DNA of 64,000 nt from Syntrophales bacterium (GCA_963662405.2 CAXXKT010000001.1:2688001-2752000), one strand, 5' to 3'; counted from the stretch's first letter, positions 29,825-40,142 are shown. The notes: generated from the sequence alone by a model not told the origin. Made by a program: numbers and translations.

Positions 29825-30894
29825 TGAGAAAACTACGCTTTCACCCCTGTGGGAATTTCAACGATCGATACGAGCAGGAGCTGACGATCTTCGAGACGGA
29901 CTTCGGCCGTACCGCCCTTGTGGCAGGTCTTATTTTTCTGTTCGCGGTGGTGCCGTATGCAAGCGGCCCCTATCTTCTCTATATTCTTAACATGGTTGCG
30001 ATAACTGCCATTGCTGCCATCGGTCTCAATATCCTGATCGGTTTCACCGGACAGCTTTCCCTGGGACATGGGGCCTTCTTCGGCGTAGGGGCCTACGCCG
30101 CCGCCATCCTTGCTACGGACGCGGGATTTCCCTTTCTCCTGGCCGTCCCCTGCGCGGGTCTGATTACCGCCCTGGTCGGTGTGCTCTTCGGGTTGCCTTC
30201 CGGGAGGCTGAAAGGGCTCTACCTCACGATCGCGACGCTGGCCGGACAGTTCATCATCGAATACCTCCTCGTCCACTGGGAGGGCCTGACCAAGGGCACG
30301 ATGGGGATCGTTCTCCCCGAGGCCTCCCTCTTCGGGGTAGCCCTCGGCGGCGACCGGAGTTTTTTCTATATCGCCTACGGGGCCCTGATCATTATGACCT
30401 TCATTGCCGTCAATCTCATGAGGACGCGATACGGGAGGGCGTTCGTGGCGATACGCGACAATGACCGGGCCGCAGAGGGGATGGGAATACCCATATTTCC
30501 CTACAAGCTCCTTTCCTTCGGGATCAGCTCCTTCTACGCGGGGGTTGCCGGGGCGCTCTGGGCCTATTATATGATCAGCATTACGACGGAACCCTTCAAT
30601 CTGGGACTTTCCGTGGAATATATCGCGATGGTCATCATTGGAGGGCTGGGGACCGTCGCCGGTTCCATTTACGGGGCAATCTTCATCACGGGACTGAACG
30701 AAGGTCTACGGTGGCTGACCGATGTCCTGATGAGCACCGATCTTTTCAGCGGGATAGGGCTCTCCATGGCGCCACTCCGAGAGCTGGCATTCGGATCGGC
30801 CATCGTACTCTTTATCCTGCTGGAGCCACGGGGGCTTGCCGAGGTGTGGCGTATCATCCGCTCCAACTTCCGGCTCTGGCCGTTTTCGTACTGA
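29821..30894 (+). CDS. ABC permease, LivM-like
   Basis: GQLSLGHGAFFGVGAY, GRAFVAIRDN and EPRGL motifs. Confidence 0.95.
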   Translation: MMRKLRFHPCGNFNDRYEQELTIFETDFGRTALVAGLIFLFAVVPYASGPYLLYILNMVAITAIAAIGLNILIGFTGQLSLGHGAFFGVGAYAAAILATDAGFPFLLAVPCAGLITALVGVLFGLPSGRLKGLYLTIATLAGQFIIEYLLVHWEGLTKGTMGIVLPEASLFGVALGGDRSFFYIAYGALIIMTFIAVNLMRTRYGRAFVAIRDNDRAAEGMGIPIFPYKLLSFGISSFYAGVAGALWAYYMISITTEPFNLGLSVEYIAMVIIGGLGTVAGSIYGAIFITGLNEGLRWLTDVLMSTDLFSGIGLSMAPLRELAFGSAIVLFILLEPRGLAEVWRIIRSNFRLWPFSY

Positions 30895-30903
30895 GAGGGT
30901 GTC

Positions 30904-31707
30904 ATGCGCGACAACATTCTGCTCCAACTGAACAATATCAGCGTCGTCTATTCGGATGTCATCCAGGTCCTGAAGGGGGTTTCCCTCGCCGTCAGGGAGG
31001 GAGATATCGTTTCACTCCTTGGAAGTAACGGGGCGGGAAAGACGACGACGCTCAAGGCTATCTCGGGCCTCCTGAAAACGGAGAACGGAAAGGTCACGGA
31101 CGGCGACATCGTCTACGAAAAGGGCCTCATCCAGAATTCTCCCCCGGAGGCGATCACCCGCCGCGGGATCATCCAGGTCCTCGAGGGGCGGCAACCCTTC
31201 AAATATCTGACGATCGAGGAGAATCTCCGGGTCGGGACGGCCACACGGTGGGGAAAACCGTACGGCAAGGATCTGGAACTTATCTATGATTACTTTCCGC
31301 CACTGAAGAAGAGGCGCAAGAACCTGGCAGGATACTGCAGCGGCGGCGAACTCCAGATGCTCGTGATGGGACGCGCCCTGATGGCACACCCCAAACTGCT
31401 CCTTCTGGACGAGCCATCGCTGGGGCTCGCCCCCCTCGTGGTGAAGGAGATATTCACGATCATTGAACGGATCAACCGGGAACAGGAAACGACGATCGTC
31501 CTCGTCGAGCAGAACGCGAATATGGCGCTCCGGATCGCTCACTACGGGTATATCATGGAAAACGGCAGGATCGTCATGGAGGGTGAGGCCGATGATCTAA
31601 AGAAAAATCCCGATATCAAAGAGTTTTATCTGGGGATGGGGACGGGGGGTGACGCCAAGTCATACCGGGACGTCAAATCATATAAGAGACGCAAGCGGTG
31701 GTTGTGA
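30904..31707 (+). CDS. ABC ATP-binding protein, LivF-like
   Basis: GSNGAGKTT, SGGELQM, LDEPSLGLAP and VEQNA motifs. Confidence 0.95.
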   Translation: MRDNILLQLNNISVVYSDVIQVLKGVSLAVREGDIVSLLGSNGAGKTTTLKAISGLLKTENGKVTDGDIVYEKGLIQNSPPEAITRRGIIQVLEGRQPFKYLTIEENLRVGTATRWGKPYGKDLELIYDYFPPLKKRRKNLAGYCSGGELQMLVMGRALMAHPKLLLLDEPSLGLAPLVVKEIFTIIERINREQETTIVLVEQNANMALRIAHYGYIMENGRIVMEGEADDLKKNPDIKEFYLGMGTGGDAKSYRDVKSYKRRKRWL

Positions 31708-31719
31708 GAGGAGAGTGAC

Positions 31720-32964
31720 ATGGAAAGATACTTTGATGACCTGGAGGAGCGTTCGTCGCTCGATCGAGAGGCTGAGAACAATCGGAAGTTGTCCGGGATG
31801 GTTGACAGGGCCTATACCTGCTCTCCGCTGGTCAAGAAAACCCTCGATGACCTCGGGTTGAAACCGTCGGATATTGCCACCGTCGGCGACCTCGGGAAGC
31901 TCCCCGTCATTTCACGGGAAGCGGTGGTCGAGCTGGAGCAGCGGGACCCTCCCTTCGGGGGCCTTTCTCGGCAGGATCTCCCCGCGGCCCGGATATTCAC
32001 CTCACCGGGACCCGTCTACGAACCGCATCTCGGTGAAGGCGAACTGTGGGGACGGGGATACTGCGCCGCAGGTTTCCGCGAGGGTGACCGGGTCCTCAAC
32101 ACCTTTTCATACCACATGGTGGCCGCCGGTCTGACCTTTCATGAAGGGCTCAGGGCCGTCGGGGCGACGGTGATTCCCTCCGGCACCTCGGGGACCGAGA
32201 CACAGGTCCGGTTGATCCGTGACCTCGGAGTGACGGGATACACCGGCACACCGAGCTTTTTGAACGCCATTATCTCCAAGGCCGAGGAGATGGGGTATGA
32301 TTTCGGGAAGGATTTCGGACTCCGGCGGGCGTCATTTGTGGCGGAACCGCTGCAACCCTCGCTCAGAAAACGGTTCGAAGAGGAGTACGGCATCGATACG
32401 TACCAGATGTACGGTGCCACGGAGGTGGGAGATATCGCTTACGAGTGTTCGGAAAAAAGCGGGTGGCATATCTGTGAGGATGTGATCGTCGAGATCGTGG
32501 ACCCGTCAACGGGCACGCCCGTCGACCCGGGACACCTGGGCGAGGTCGTCGTGACCCGCCTGAACGATAGCTTTTTCCTTTTTCGATTCGGGACGGGAGA
32601 CCTGTCGCGGATGATATTGGAGAAATGCCCCTGCGGCAGGACCGCCGCGAGGCTTGCCGGAATCGCCGGCAGGGTAGGGGACGCGGTCAAGGTGAGGGGG
32701 ATGTTCGTCGCCCCGAGCCAGGTGGCCCAGGTGCGCGAACGCTTCCCGGGGCTTTCCTTTCAGGTGGTGGTAACGAGAGAGGAATACCGGGACATCCTTA
32801 CGGTTATCTTCTTGAAGAACAACGAATATTCAGACATTAATATCGAACAGTTCAAGGATGTGTTTACCTCGATCTGCTCCGTCAGGATAGATCGGATCGA
32901 ATCTGTTGAAGGGGAATTGCTGGAGGGGGACAAGCCGCTGATCGACAGGAGGGGGTGGGAATAG
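31720..32964 (+). CDS. Phenylacetate-CoA ligase (PaaK) family protein
   Basis: IFTSPGPVYEP, GTPSFL, YGATE, RFGTGDL, CPCGRT and GRVGDAVKVRG motifs. Confidence 0.9.
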   Translation: MERYFDDLEERSSLDREAENNRKLSGMVDRAYTCSPLVKKTLDDLGLKPSDIATVGDLGKLPVISREAVVELEQRDPPFGGLSRQDLPAARIFTSPGPVYEPHLGEGELWGRGYCAAGFREGDRVLNTFSYHMVAAGLTFHEGLRAVGATVIPSGTSGTETQVRLIRDLGVTGYTGTPSFLNAIISKAEEMGYDFGKDFGLRRASFVAEPLQPSLRKRFEEEYGIDTYQMYGATEVGDIAYECSEKSGWHICEDVIVEIVDPSTGTPVDPGHLGEVVVTRLNDSFFLFRFGTGDLSRMILEKCPCGRTAARLAGIAGRVGDAVKVRGMFVAPSQVAQVRERFPGLSFQVVVTREEYRDILTVIFLKNNEYSDINIEQFKDVFTSICSVRIDRIESVEGELLEGDKPLIDRRGWE

Positions 32965-32980
32965 AAGGAACAAATCTGGT

Positions 32981-34036
32981 CTAGTCAAAGAGGAGTAACG
33001 GGATCCAGGGACGGGTCTTTCGTCGGTTTATTTCTCTATTGATTGCCGTCAACAAAGATTTTTCCGTAGACGAATCCTGCTCGATGCTCCAGATCATAAC
33101 CCCGCCGCTGTTGTTGATGGCATATCGTGTCTTCTTTTTGATCGTGTTGATTCCGTTAAAGTAATAGCCATCCACATGGTCAATATGGGGACCAAGATCG
33201 GGATTTTCGTCAATGATTACGGCATAGGGTTTGTAGTCTGAGGGTGTTGCCTGGTTATCCTTTGCGAAGAATGGGAGCCCCAACATAATCCGTTCTTTCG
33301 GAAAACCCCTGGTGGTGATCCAATAGTCCAGGGCCTCCACCGCATAGGTGTAGGGGGAATGGTCAACGCCGCCTTTTTCATAGGCCATGACGTTGAGAAA
33401 ATCGACGGTATCTGAGATCGCGGGTTTCACCCACTGCCCGTACCAATCCTCCGGGGACACCGCAGCAGTAAGGAGCTTCGTCTGACCGTCAACGAAGTTG
33501 TCAGGGGATTGCATGGCGGCACGCACCTCCTGCATCAACGCTACAAAATGATCGGCCTCGGTTGTTGAATCCGGAAACTCCCAGTCAATATCCACGCCAT
33601 CCATCCCGTATCTGTTGATAAAGGCGACCAGATTATCGATAAAGGTGGTTCTCATAGCCGCGTCCTCCGCAAGCGCGGCAAAGCGAGAATCAACTCCGCC
33701 TCCGTCACCGATGTCCCATCCGCCGACGGAGATCAGAACCGCGACCCCTTCGTCGTGGGCACGGCTGACCAGACTGTTCAATGCCTGCCGTTCCTCTTCG
33801 TCTATCCCTGACAGCCATTCGAGTTCTCCCGTTGCCGTTGGGACCAGGAAGGCATAATTGATCTGGGTCAGCGTGTCATATTGAACCGTTGAGAGATCTC
33901 CCCCTCTCTGCAGATATCCGACAACTTTTGGTGACAGGGCGCTCCCGGCAGAGATGGAGGAACACGTCAAACACATAACCAGAGTGAAACCTATTATAAA
34001 GGGAAGCATCTTCCCCGATCGCCATCCCGGTGCCAT
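32981..34036 (-). CDS. Secreted glycoside hydrolase family 18 (chitinase-like)
   Basis: ISVGGW, catalytic DGVDIDWEFP, NVMAY and GGVMIW; ends RPWIPLLLFD. The start may be ATG 34009. Confidence 0.93.
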   Translation of the reverse strand: MAPGWRSGKMLPFIIGFTLVMCLTCSSISAGSALSPKVVGYLQRGGDLSTVQYDTLTQINYAFLVPTATGELEWLSGIDEEERQALNSLVSRAHDEGVAVLISVGGWDIGDGGGVDSRFAALAEDAAMRTTFIDNLVAFINRYGMDGVDIDWEFPDSTTEADHFVALMQEVRAAMQSPDNFVDGQTKLLTAAVSPEDWYGQWVKPAISDTVDFLNVMAYEKGGVDHSPYTYAVEALDYWITTRGFPKERIMLGLPFFAKDNQATPSDYKPYAVIIDENPDLGPHIDHVDGYYFNGINTIKKKTRYAINNSGGVMIWSIEQDSSTEKSLLTAINREINRRKTRPWIPLLLFD

Positions 34037-34073
34037 GGTCTCCTGTCACCATCCTCCAAAAAACTCGGCGCGC

Positions 34074-35516
34074 TCACTTTTCGCTTCGCAGGCCTATGAT
34101 GCGCAGGGCGGAAAAGAGCACCTCCTTATCATCCCTGTTCAGGCCGCCCAGAAGAAAGAGGATAACAAAATAGCAAATACAGCCCGCCATGACAATAGAC
34201 CAGATGGGCAGAAACCCTATGTGTATGACCAAACCGGCCATTATGACGGAGGCAAGCACCGGTCTCCAGACCAGCGTCCATAGGTGGACCCTGACGAAAT
34301 ATTTCCCGATAGATAGGTAGATAAGTATGAATATCGCCACTTCACAGATAAGTGTTGCTGTGGCGGCGCCAACATGGGCGTAACGTGGGATGAGAAACAG
34401 ATTGAGTATGATCTTGAAACCCACCACCCCTCCGATAATGATAGTGAAGACCTTTTGCCGGTCAATCATGTTCAGTAGATTTCCACCCAGATAATTGAGA
34501 AAGGCAAGCACTTCCGCCCAGACTAATACCCGCAGTGCCGGTGACGCATTCTCAAATCCCCCGCCGAAGATAAAGGGTATCAGCCGGGGTGCCAGCAGAA
34601 ACATCCCCATGCCGATGGGAAAGGCAAGCATACTGAGATATCGAAAAGACCTGCTGAAGAGGTCAGTCAGGGCTTCCGTGTCCTTTTTGGAGTAGAGGGC
34701 CATGGGGGGGAGGATCGCCGCCACGATCAGGAGGGGGATGTAATGGATGACCTCTATCAAACGGTACGCAGCGTTGTACCACCCCGTTACCTGGTCACCG
34801 GCCATGAAGGAGAGCATCACCGTGTCGATACGGTAATAGACATACAGGAATGAGATGCTGAGCGCGAAGGGGAGGGAACGCACAAACAGTTTCTTCCATA
34901 GCGCGAAGTCGGCTTCCGGTCCGAAAGAGAAATATTTGATGGAAAATATGAAATACAGCGTATACTTGACCAGATTGGAGACGAGAAGGGCCAGGATCAG
35001 AAACAGAAGTGATCGCGTGATATAGAGAAAGACGACACCGACACAGAGGGCGACCGCCCGCTCCGTCATGTCGATCAGGGCGGTCTGATCCATCCTCTCA
35101 TTGGCCTTGAGGATGTTTTCGAAGACCGAGCCGACACAGATTATCATGTAAATGATTGCCACCACCACAAAACTGTGGATCACCAGCGTATCATCCTTGA
35201 TAAACATAAGCAGCGCCACGGCAAGGGTCGCCGAAACGATCCCGATGATCGAGGTCAAAGACAGGATATTGTTGGCATAGGAAGTGGTGATATCTTTGTT
35301 TGCCGGGACGTCCTTGATGATGATGTACCCCATGCCGGGATTACACAGGATGATAATGAGATACCCGTAGGCGAAGATGAAGGAGTATTGTCCGACCCCC
35401 ACATCTCCCAGTGTCCTCGCGATATACACCATCAGGAGGAAAGAGAATACATTTCCCACGGCGGTTCCCGCAAACAGGGCGAGCGTATTTCTGATTATGT
35501 TATTTTTTGATTGCAT
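34074..35516 (-). CDS. wzx: Wzx-type oligosaccharide flippase
   Basis: About 14 TM segments; IDTVML...GWYNAAYRL and LIPRYAHVGAA. Confidence 0.9.
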   Translation of the reverse strand: MQSKNNIIRNTLALFAGTAVGNVFSFLLMVYIARTLGDVGVGQYSFIFAYGYLIIILCNPGMGYIIIKDVPANKDITTSYANNILSLTSIIGIVSATLAVALLMFIKDDTLVIHSFVVVAIIYMIICVGSVFENILKANERMDQTALIDMTERAVALCVGVVFLYITRSLLFLILALLVSNLVKYTLYFIFSIKYFSFGPEADFALWKKLFVRSLPFALSISFLYVYYRIDTVMLSFMAGDQVTGWYNAAYRLIEVIHYIPLLIVAAILPPMALYSKKDTEALTDLFSRSFRYLSMLAFPIGMGMFLLAPRLIPFIFGGGFENASPALRVLVWAEVLAFLNYLGGNLLNMIDRQKVFTIIIGGVVGFKIILNLFLIPRYAHVGAATATLICEVAIFILIYLSIGKYFVRVHLWTLVWRPVLASVIMAGLVIHIGFLPIWSIVMAGCICYFVILFLLGGLNRDDKEVLFSALRIIGLRSEK

Positions 35517-35637
35517 GGGCCTTTGCAGTAAGAAAAAAACAGGTGATAGCCTCTTAAGAACCCCGCATTACAAGCTGAGAAGCTGATAACCACACGGGTT
35601 TCGTGCGGACGGAAATGCCTGTGTTTAATTGTCCTTG

Positions 35638-36594
35638 TTACTCTCGAATTCGCCGTCGCCAATCATCCAGGACCGTCCGCAGGGTCTGCTCAAGGGGGAT
35701 CTGTGCCTCCCAGTGCAGCATGGTCCGCGCCGTTTCCGCGCTTCCCAGGGTCTCGGGAATCTCGGACGGACGCATGCGCTCGGGGTCGGGCTGGACCGTA
35801 ACGGCACATCGGGTCTGTCGCAACAACATCTCCAGAAGATCGGCGATGGGGGTGGATGTGCCGCGACAGAGATTCACCACCAGCCCTGCCGGCAGGGTGT
35901 CATTCATCTCCAGCGCCAGGGCGTAAGCCCTGATCACATCATCCACATCGAGAAACTCCCGTCTGGCCTCAAGGTTTCCCACCCGCAGGACCGGTTCCTG
36001 CAGGCCTGCCTCGATGCGGGCGATCTGTGCGGCAAAGGTGGAAGCGACGAACTCTTCACCCTGTCCGGCGCCGATGTGGTTGAAAGGGCGCAGGCGAATC
36101 ACCTTCAGCCCCAGAGCGGCATATTGTCCGGCCATGAGGTCGGCGGCGGCCTTGCTTGCGGCATAGGGATTCATAGGCTGAAGGAGGGCCGTTTCATCGA
36201 CAGGCACTCCGGCCTGAAAAGAGTATCCATAGACCTCGGCCGAACTGATATGGATGATTGTCGCCGACGGGGCCCTCTTTTTCACGGCCTCGAGAAGATG
36301 CAAGGTCCCCATGACGTTGATTTCCCAGGTTCGTTCGGGATCGGCAAACGAGGTTGGCACATGGGACTGGGCGGCAAGATGGATGACATGGGTGGGACGA
36401 AATGCGGCAACCGACTCTTCGACCGCCTCCGCGGAGCAGATATCGATGTTCGTCGGGGACGAAGGCTTACCCGGCTCATAGTCCCAGACAAGAAACCGGG
36501 CGGAGGCAAACGATCCCTGCCGCAGGGACCGCAACAACCGGGGACCGACAAACCCCGTTGCCCCGGTCAGTAAGAGAGAATAAGAAGAGGTCAT
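35638..36594 (-). CDS. NDP-sugar SDR, GDP-6-deoxy-4-keto-mannose reductase (Rmd)-like
   Basis: TGATGFVG, HLAAQSHVPTSF, YAASK, RPFNHIG and GNLEARREF. Confidence 0.85.
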   Translation of the reverse strand: MTSSYSLLLTGATGFVGPRLLRSLRQGSFASARFLVWDYEPGKPSSPTNIDICSAEAVEESVAAFRPTHVIHLAAQSHVPTSFADPERTWEINVMGTLHLLEAVKKRAPSATIIHISSAEVYGYSFQAGVPVDETALLQPMNPYAASKAAADLMAGQYAALGLKVIRLRPFNHIGAGQGEEFVASTFAAQIARIEAGLQEPVLRVGNLEARREFLDVDDVIRAYALALEMNDTLPAGLVVNLCRGTSTPIADLLEMLLRQTRCAVTVQPDPERMRPSEIPETLGSAETARTMLHWEAQIPLEQTLRTVLDDWRRRIRE

Positions 36595-37010
36595 AGGTGC
36601 TTTCAATTATCTTTAAAAGGGTGACAGACTCCGTTTGGGTAGCAGTCTCTCGGGAGAAAAAATATTCACCGTCTTTTTCCTCTGAGATGGAATTAGTATT
36701 AAATTTTTATAAACAATTGACGATCTCTATTTTACCGGTGCTCCGGTGCTCCGGTGCATAACGGAGCATCTATCAAACGGGTCCCGCACAGCAGGAAACC
36801 GGAGGGTGCATGCCAAGGCCTCTATGATAACTGATGTTTTAATCGCTAAAAAACAACGTATATGTGTGCCATGGCCATGTCAAGAAATAAGTACAGATGT
36901 CTCCGAATTCCCGGATCTCTGATAATTCCTTGAAGAAAGAGGGGGACGATGTATAGAATAACAATGAGAATTAATGCATGCTGTTATGATACGCGGGAGG
37001 GAATAGGGGT

Positions 37011-38708
37011 ATGAAGAGAACAGCTGTCGGTTTCCTGTCCGGGATCCTTTTGTTTGTGGCCCTCTTTCTCGCGTCGCCGCCCGTCTGGGCGGAGGATCTG
37101 CATGCCGATGTGACGGAAACGGCAGGGGGCGATCCACCCCCAGTCTATCCCGTCATGCGGCCGGATCGTGAGACGCTGGAGCGGTGGATAGCGGACTATG
37201 AGAAGGCCCCCCGGATCTCAACAAGAACCTTCGGGAGGACCCTGCCTCCTCCCCGGGGCTCACAGAGCCTTCTCAACCATCTGCAATACACGCCCAGCCA
37301 GCGCAATCAGGGGTCATGCGGCGACTGCTGGGTATGGGCCGGTACCGGCATCATGGGGATCGATCTTTCCGTCAACGAAGGAGTCTTGGACCGGCTGTCC
37401 GTGCAGTACATCAACTCCTGCAAAAGCGGCGATTATGCCTGCTGCGGGGGCAACCTTGCGGATGTGAGAAGTTTTTATACCAGCAATCCCCAGGCCCTCC
37501 CCTGGTCCAATTCCAACGCACACTTTGCAGATGCAAGCCGGGGATGCGGCAGCGGATCATCGACCGTATCCTGCGGCTCTATCGCCACCTCCCCCGCCTA
37601 TCCCATCGATTCAATGTCGTACTCGACCATCACAACCAGAGGGGTTTCACAGGCGGCGGCCATCGCCAACATCAAGGCCGTGCTGGACGCGAACAAGGCC
37701 GTTTGGTTCGCCTTCTACCTGGCTAACACTCCAGACTGGCAAGCTTTCTATCATTTTTGGGGCAGTCAGGGAGAAACCGCCCTGTGGGACCCGGACCCGT
37801 ACTGCGGTCATACCTGGGACGAGGAAGAAGGCGCGGGACACGCGGTCCTGTGTGTCGGCTACAATGACGACGACCTTGACTCCGCGAATCATTACTGGGT
37901 GATCCTCAACAGCTGGGGGACGGCCAGCGATGGAAGACCCAACGGCCTCTTCCGGATGAAGATGGATATCAATTATAGTGGTGTGATTGATTATGGTGGT
38001 TACGGTCTCCTTGCGCTCCAGTGGCAAACCTTGAACATCGACTGGGGTGACGTGCAGCCGGCGGCGCCCTGCCGGGTCACCTACCGGTACAACGACACCG
38101 TTCCCTCCGCATTCGACGACATCAGCTCGACGGGGACCGCACTGGGCCTCGGTGACGAGGACTATGCCTCCTTTTCCATCCCCTTCACCTTCCGCTTTTA
38201 CTGCGATGATTACACATCCGTGACGGTCGGTTCAAACGGCGCACTCTATTTTGCCGATGACTCCCTGGGATATCAAAACGTCTGTATCCCCGGGACGAAT
38301 AGCTCCGGTATTTCTTCCTTTATCGCCCCCTTCTGGGATGACCTGAACCCATCGTCCGCGGGGGAGGTCTATTATCAGGTGAAGGGGGACGCTCCCGACA
38401 GAAGGCTCATCGTTCAGTGGAAAGGGGTGCCGCACTATTCCAGCGGCGATGGCGCGTCGACCTTCCAGGCGATACTGTACGAAAGGAGTAATGAGATACT
38501 CTTTCAGTACCAGGATGTCGACTTCGGAAATGCAGCCTATGATGACGGCGCGTCCGCGACCGTGGGAGTCCAGCGGGATGAAACAACAGGGACCGGCTAT
38601 TCATGCAACGAGGCCGCCCTCAGCGACGGCCTCTCCATTTTGTTTACCCCCTCGGGCGCCGGATTTCTACCCGGTTCTGTCTATCTGCCGTTATTGCTCG
38701 GAAATTGA
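37011..38708 (+). CDS. Secreted papain-like C1 cysteine peptidase with a C-terminal nidogen-like domain
   Basis: QGSCGDCW, GHAVLCVGY and NSWG catalytic motifs; IAPFWDDL domain; ends VYLPLLLGN. Confidence 0.92.
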   Translation: MKRTAVGFLSGILLFVALFLASPPVWAEDLHADVTETAGGDPPPVYPVMRPDRETLERWIADYEKAPRISTRTFGRTLPPPRGSQSLLNHLQYTPSQRNQGSCGDCWVWAGTGIMGIDLSVNEGVLDRLSVQYINSCKSGDYACCGGNLADVRSFYTSNPQALPWSNSNAHFADASRGCGSGSSTVSCGSIATSPAYPIDSMSYSTITTRGVSQAAAIANIKAVLDANKAVWFAFYLANTPDWQAFYHFWGSQGETALWDPDPYCGHTWDEEEGAGHAVLCVGYNDDDLDSANHYWVILNSWGTASDGRPNGLFRMKMDINYSGVIDYGGYGLLALQWQTLNIDWGDVQPAAPCRVTYRYNDTVPSAFDDISSTGTALGLGDEDYASFSIPFTFRFYCDDYTSVTVGSNGALYFADDSLGYQNVCIPGTNSSGISSFIAPFWDDLNPSSAGEVYYQVKGDAPDRRLIVQWKGVPHYSSGDGASTFQAILYERSNEILFQYQDVDFGNAAYDDGASATVGVQRDETTGTGYSCNEAALSDGLSILFTPSGAGFLPGSVYLPLLLGN

Positions 38709-38851
38709 AGCTCAAAGGGATGGAAGGACTGAATGAAACATCATGATTGCGGCGCGAGGGAGGGAATTATGTTGTTGAAATTATTGTTGACAAGGTGAGG
38801 TAAAAATTGTATCTGAAAAATCAGTTTTGGCACACATCAAAGGGATCATCT

Positions 38852-39493
38852 ATGACATATAAATCACTTTTCATCGGCATACTATTCTTATTAGTTGTTT
38901 TTGTTCCTTTTTACGCAGGTGCCGTGGATCAGCAGAGGCGCGCCGTCCACATCGAGGGAACGTCTTTTGAAGACAGCATTATCAGACTCAGCGAAATCTT
39001 CGACATAAAAATCATTCTTAAGGACATCAATAATCTTCCCCACCACAAGTTCGACCTCGCGCTGAAACAGGCGACAGTGAAAGAGGCCGCGCAGGAAGCC
39101 ATAGAAAAGGCTGGTCTGCAAAGCCATGTCTTGGTTGTGGATGAGCAAGCACATACAGCCCGTATCTGGATTCTACGGGCTGGTACAGCAGACACTATTA
39201 GAAGATTACAACCAGAGCACCATATGAGATCAATGACACCTGAAGAGTTTAAGGCCCTGGAGCGGGTTGATTCAGAAAACTTCAGGGGGATGACTCCAGA
39301 GGAATATGGGAGATTGGAACCGGGATCGAAAGAAAATTTCAGGGGGATGACCCCCGGGGATTTCGCGGGCTTAGAGCCAGCTCAATCAGAAAACTTCAGG
39401 AAGATGACTCGGCAAGAGTATGAAAGGATGGAACCGGAATCGGAGGAAAATCTCAGAGGGATGACGCCTGAGCAGTTTGCTCAGCTACCATAA
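38852..39493 (+). CDS. Secreted protein with a possible STN-like domain and 19-aa C-terminal repeats
   Basis: Signal peptide; five copies of an ENFRGMTPEE-type repeat. Confidence 0.8.
   Translation: MTYKSLFIGILFLLVVFVPFYAGAVDQQRRAVHIEGTSFEDSIIRLSEIFDIKIILKDINNLPHHKFDLALKQATVKEAAQEAIEKAGLQSHVLVVDEQAHTARIWILRAGTADTIRRLQPEHHMRSMTPEEFKALERVDSENFRGMTPEEYGRLEPGSKENFRGMTPGDFAGLEPAQSENFRKMTRQEYERMEPESEENLRGMTPEQFAQLP
39218..39490 (+). repeat. 57-bp coding tandem repeat, about 5 copies
   Basis: gaaaa(c/t)ttcagggggatgac-like unit recurring every 57 nt. Confidence 0.85.
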
Positions 39494-39583
39494 GCTGAAT
39501 GTGGGATCATTATTATGCAAAGAAAAAAGAGTCTTACCTTAAGGCTCGATGTCTATGATGGATTTGATTATAATTAGGAGGAG

Positions 39584-39943
39584 ATGATGATGAAAAAGGT
39601 ATTGATTGGTTTATTGGCTGTTAGCTTAGTTCTGTGTGCTTCATCGGTTTTTGCAGGGTGGGCCAACTATACTGTTAAATGTGCCGGCCCGTATGAAAGT
39701 TCCAGTTTTCCCTCTGTAGGTCAAATAATGTGCGTTCAGCTGGAGCCTATTGCTGGAGGAGCGTCAAATTATTATCGTATTAAAGCGGATGTTTCCAACG
39801 AACTGCTTGCAGTCGCTCTCACTGCCTTGAGTAGCGGTCTCCCGGTTCGAGCGAATATAGAACAAAATTATTCAAATGGACATTGGAGCGACTACGAAGT
39901 GCTGACGCTGTTTATCTACGATTCAACGGATTCCCTTCCATAA
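39584..39943 (+). CDS. Small secreted hypothetical protein
   Basis: RBS aggagga, signal peptide ending VFA, two Cys in the mature part. Confidence 0.8.
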   Translation: MMMKKVLIGLLAVSLVLCASSVFAGWANYTVKCAGPYESSSFPSVGQIMCVQLEPIAGGASNYYRIKADVSNELLAVALTALSSGLPVRANIEQNYSNGHWSDYEVLTLFIYDSTDSLP

Positions 39944-40076
39944 CATTTGGAAAAATCTTACAACGGCCATCGGGCTTCCTTTTGGTCTCAAGGTTGAGTA
40001 TCAGTCCTGAGCGAAGATGGCTACGGTAGCACAACCTTGTGGAATAGATCAGGGATTCCGTGAAATCTTTTACCGA

Positions 40077-40128
40077 AACAGAATGGTCTGATGCCCAGCC
40101 CTATGACCGGGCGTCAGACCGTCCTGTT
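40077..40128. terminator. Long hairpin between convergent genes
   Basis: aacagaaTGGTCTGATGCCC...GGGCGTCAGACCGtcctgtt; no strong U-tract. Confidence 0.5.
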
Positions 40129-40142
40129 CAATTCGGGGTCTC

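Noticed and set aside
36735..36757. CCGGTGCT x3 microrepeat
   Set aside because: Short and without spacers, so not CRISPR; no evident function.
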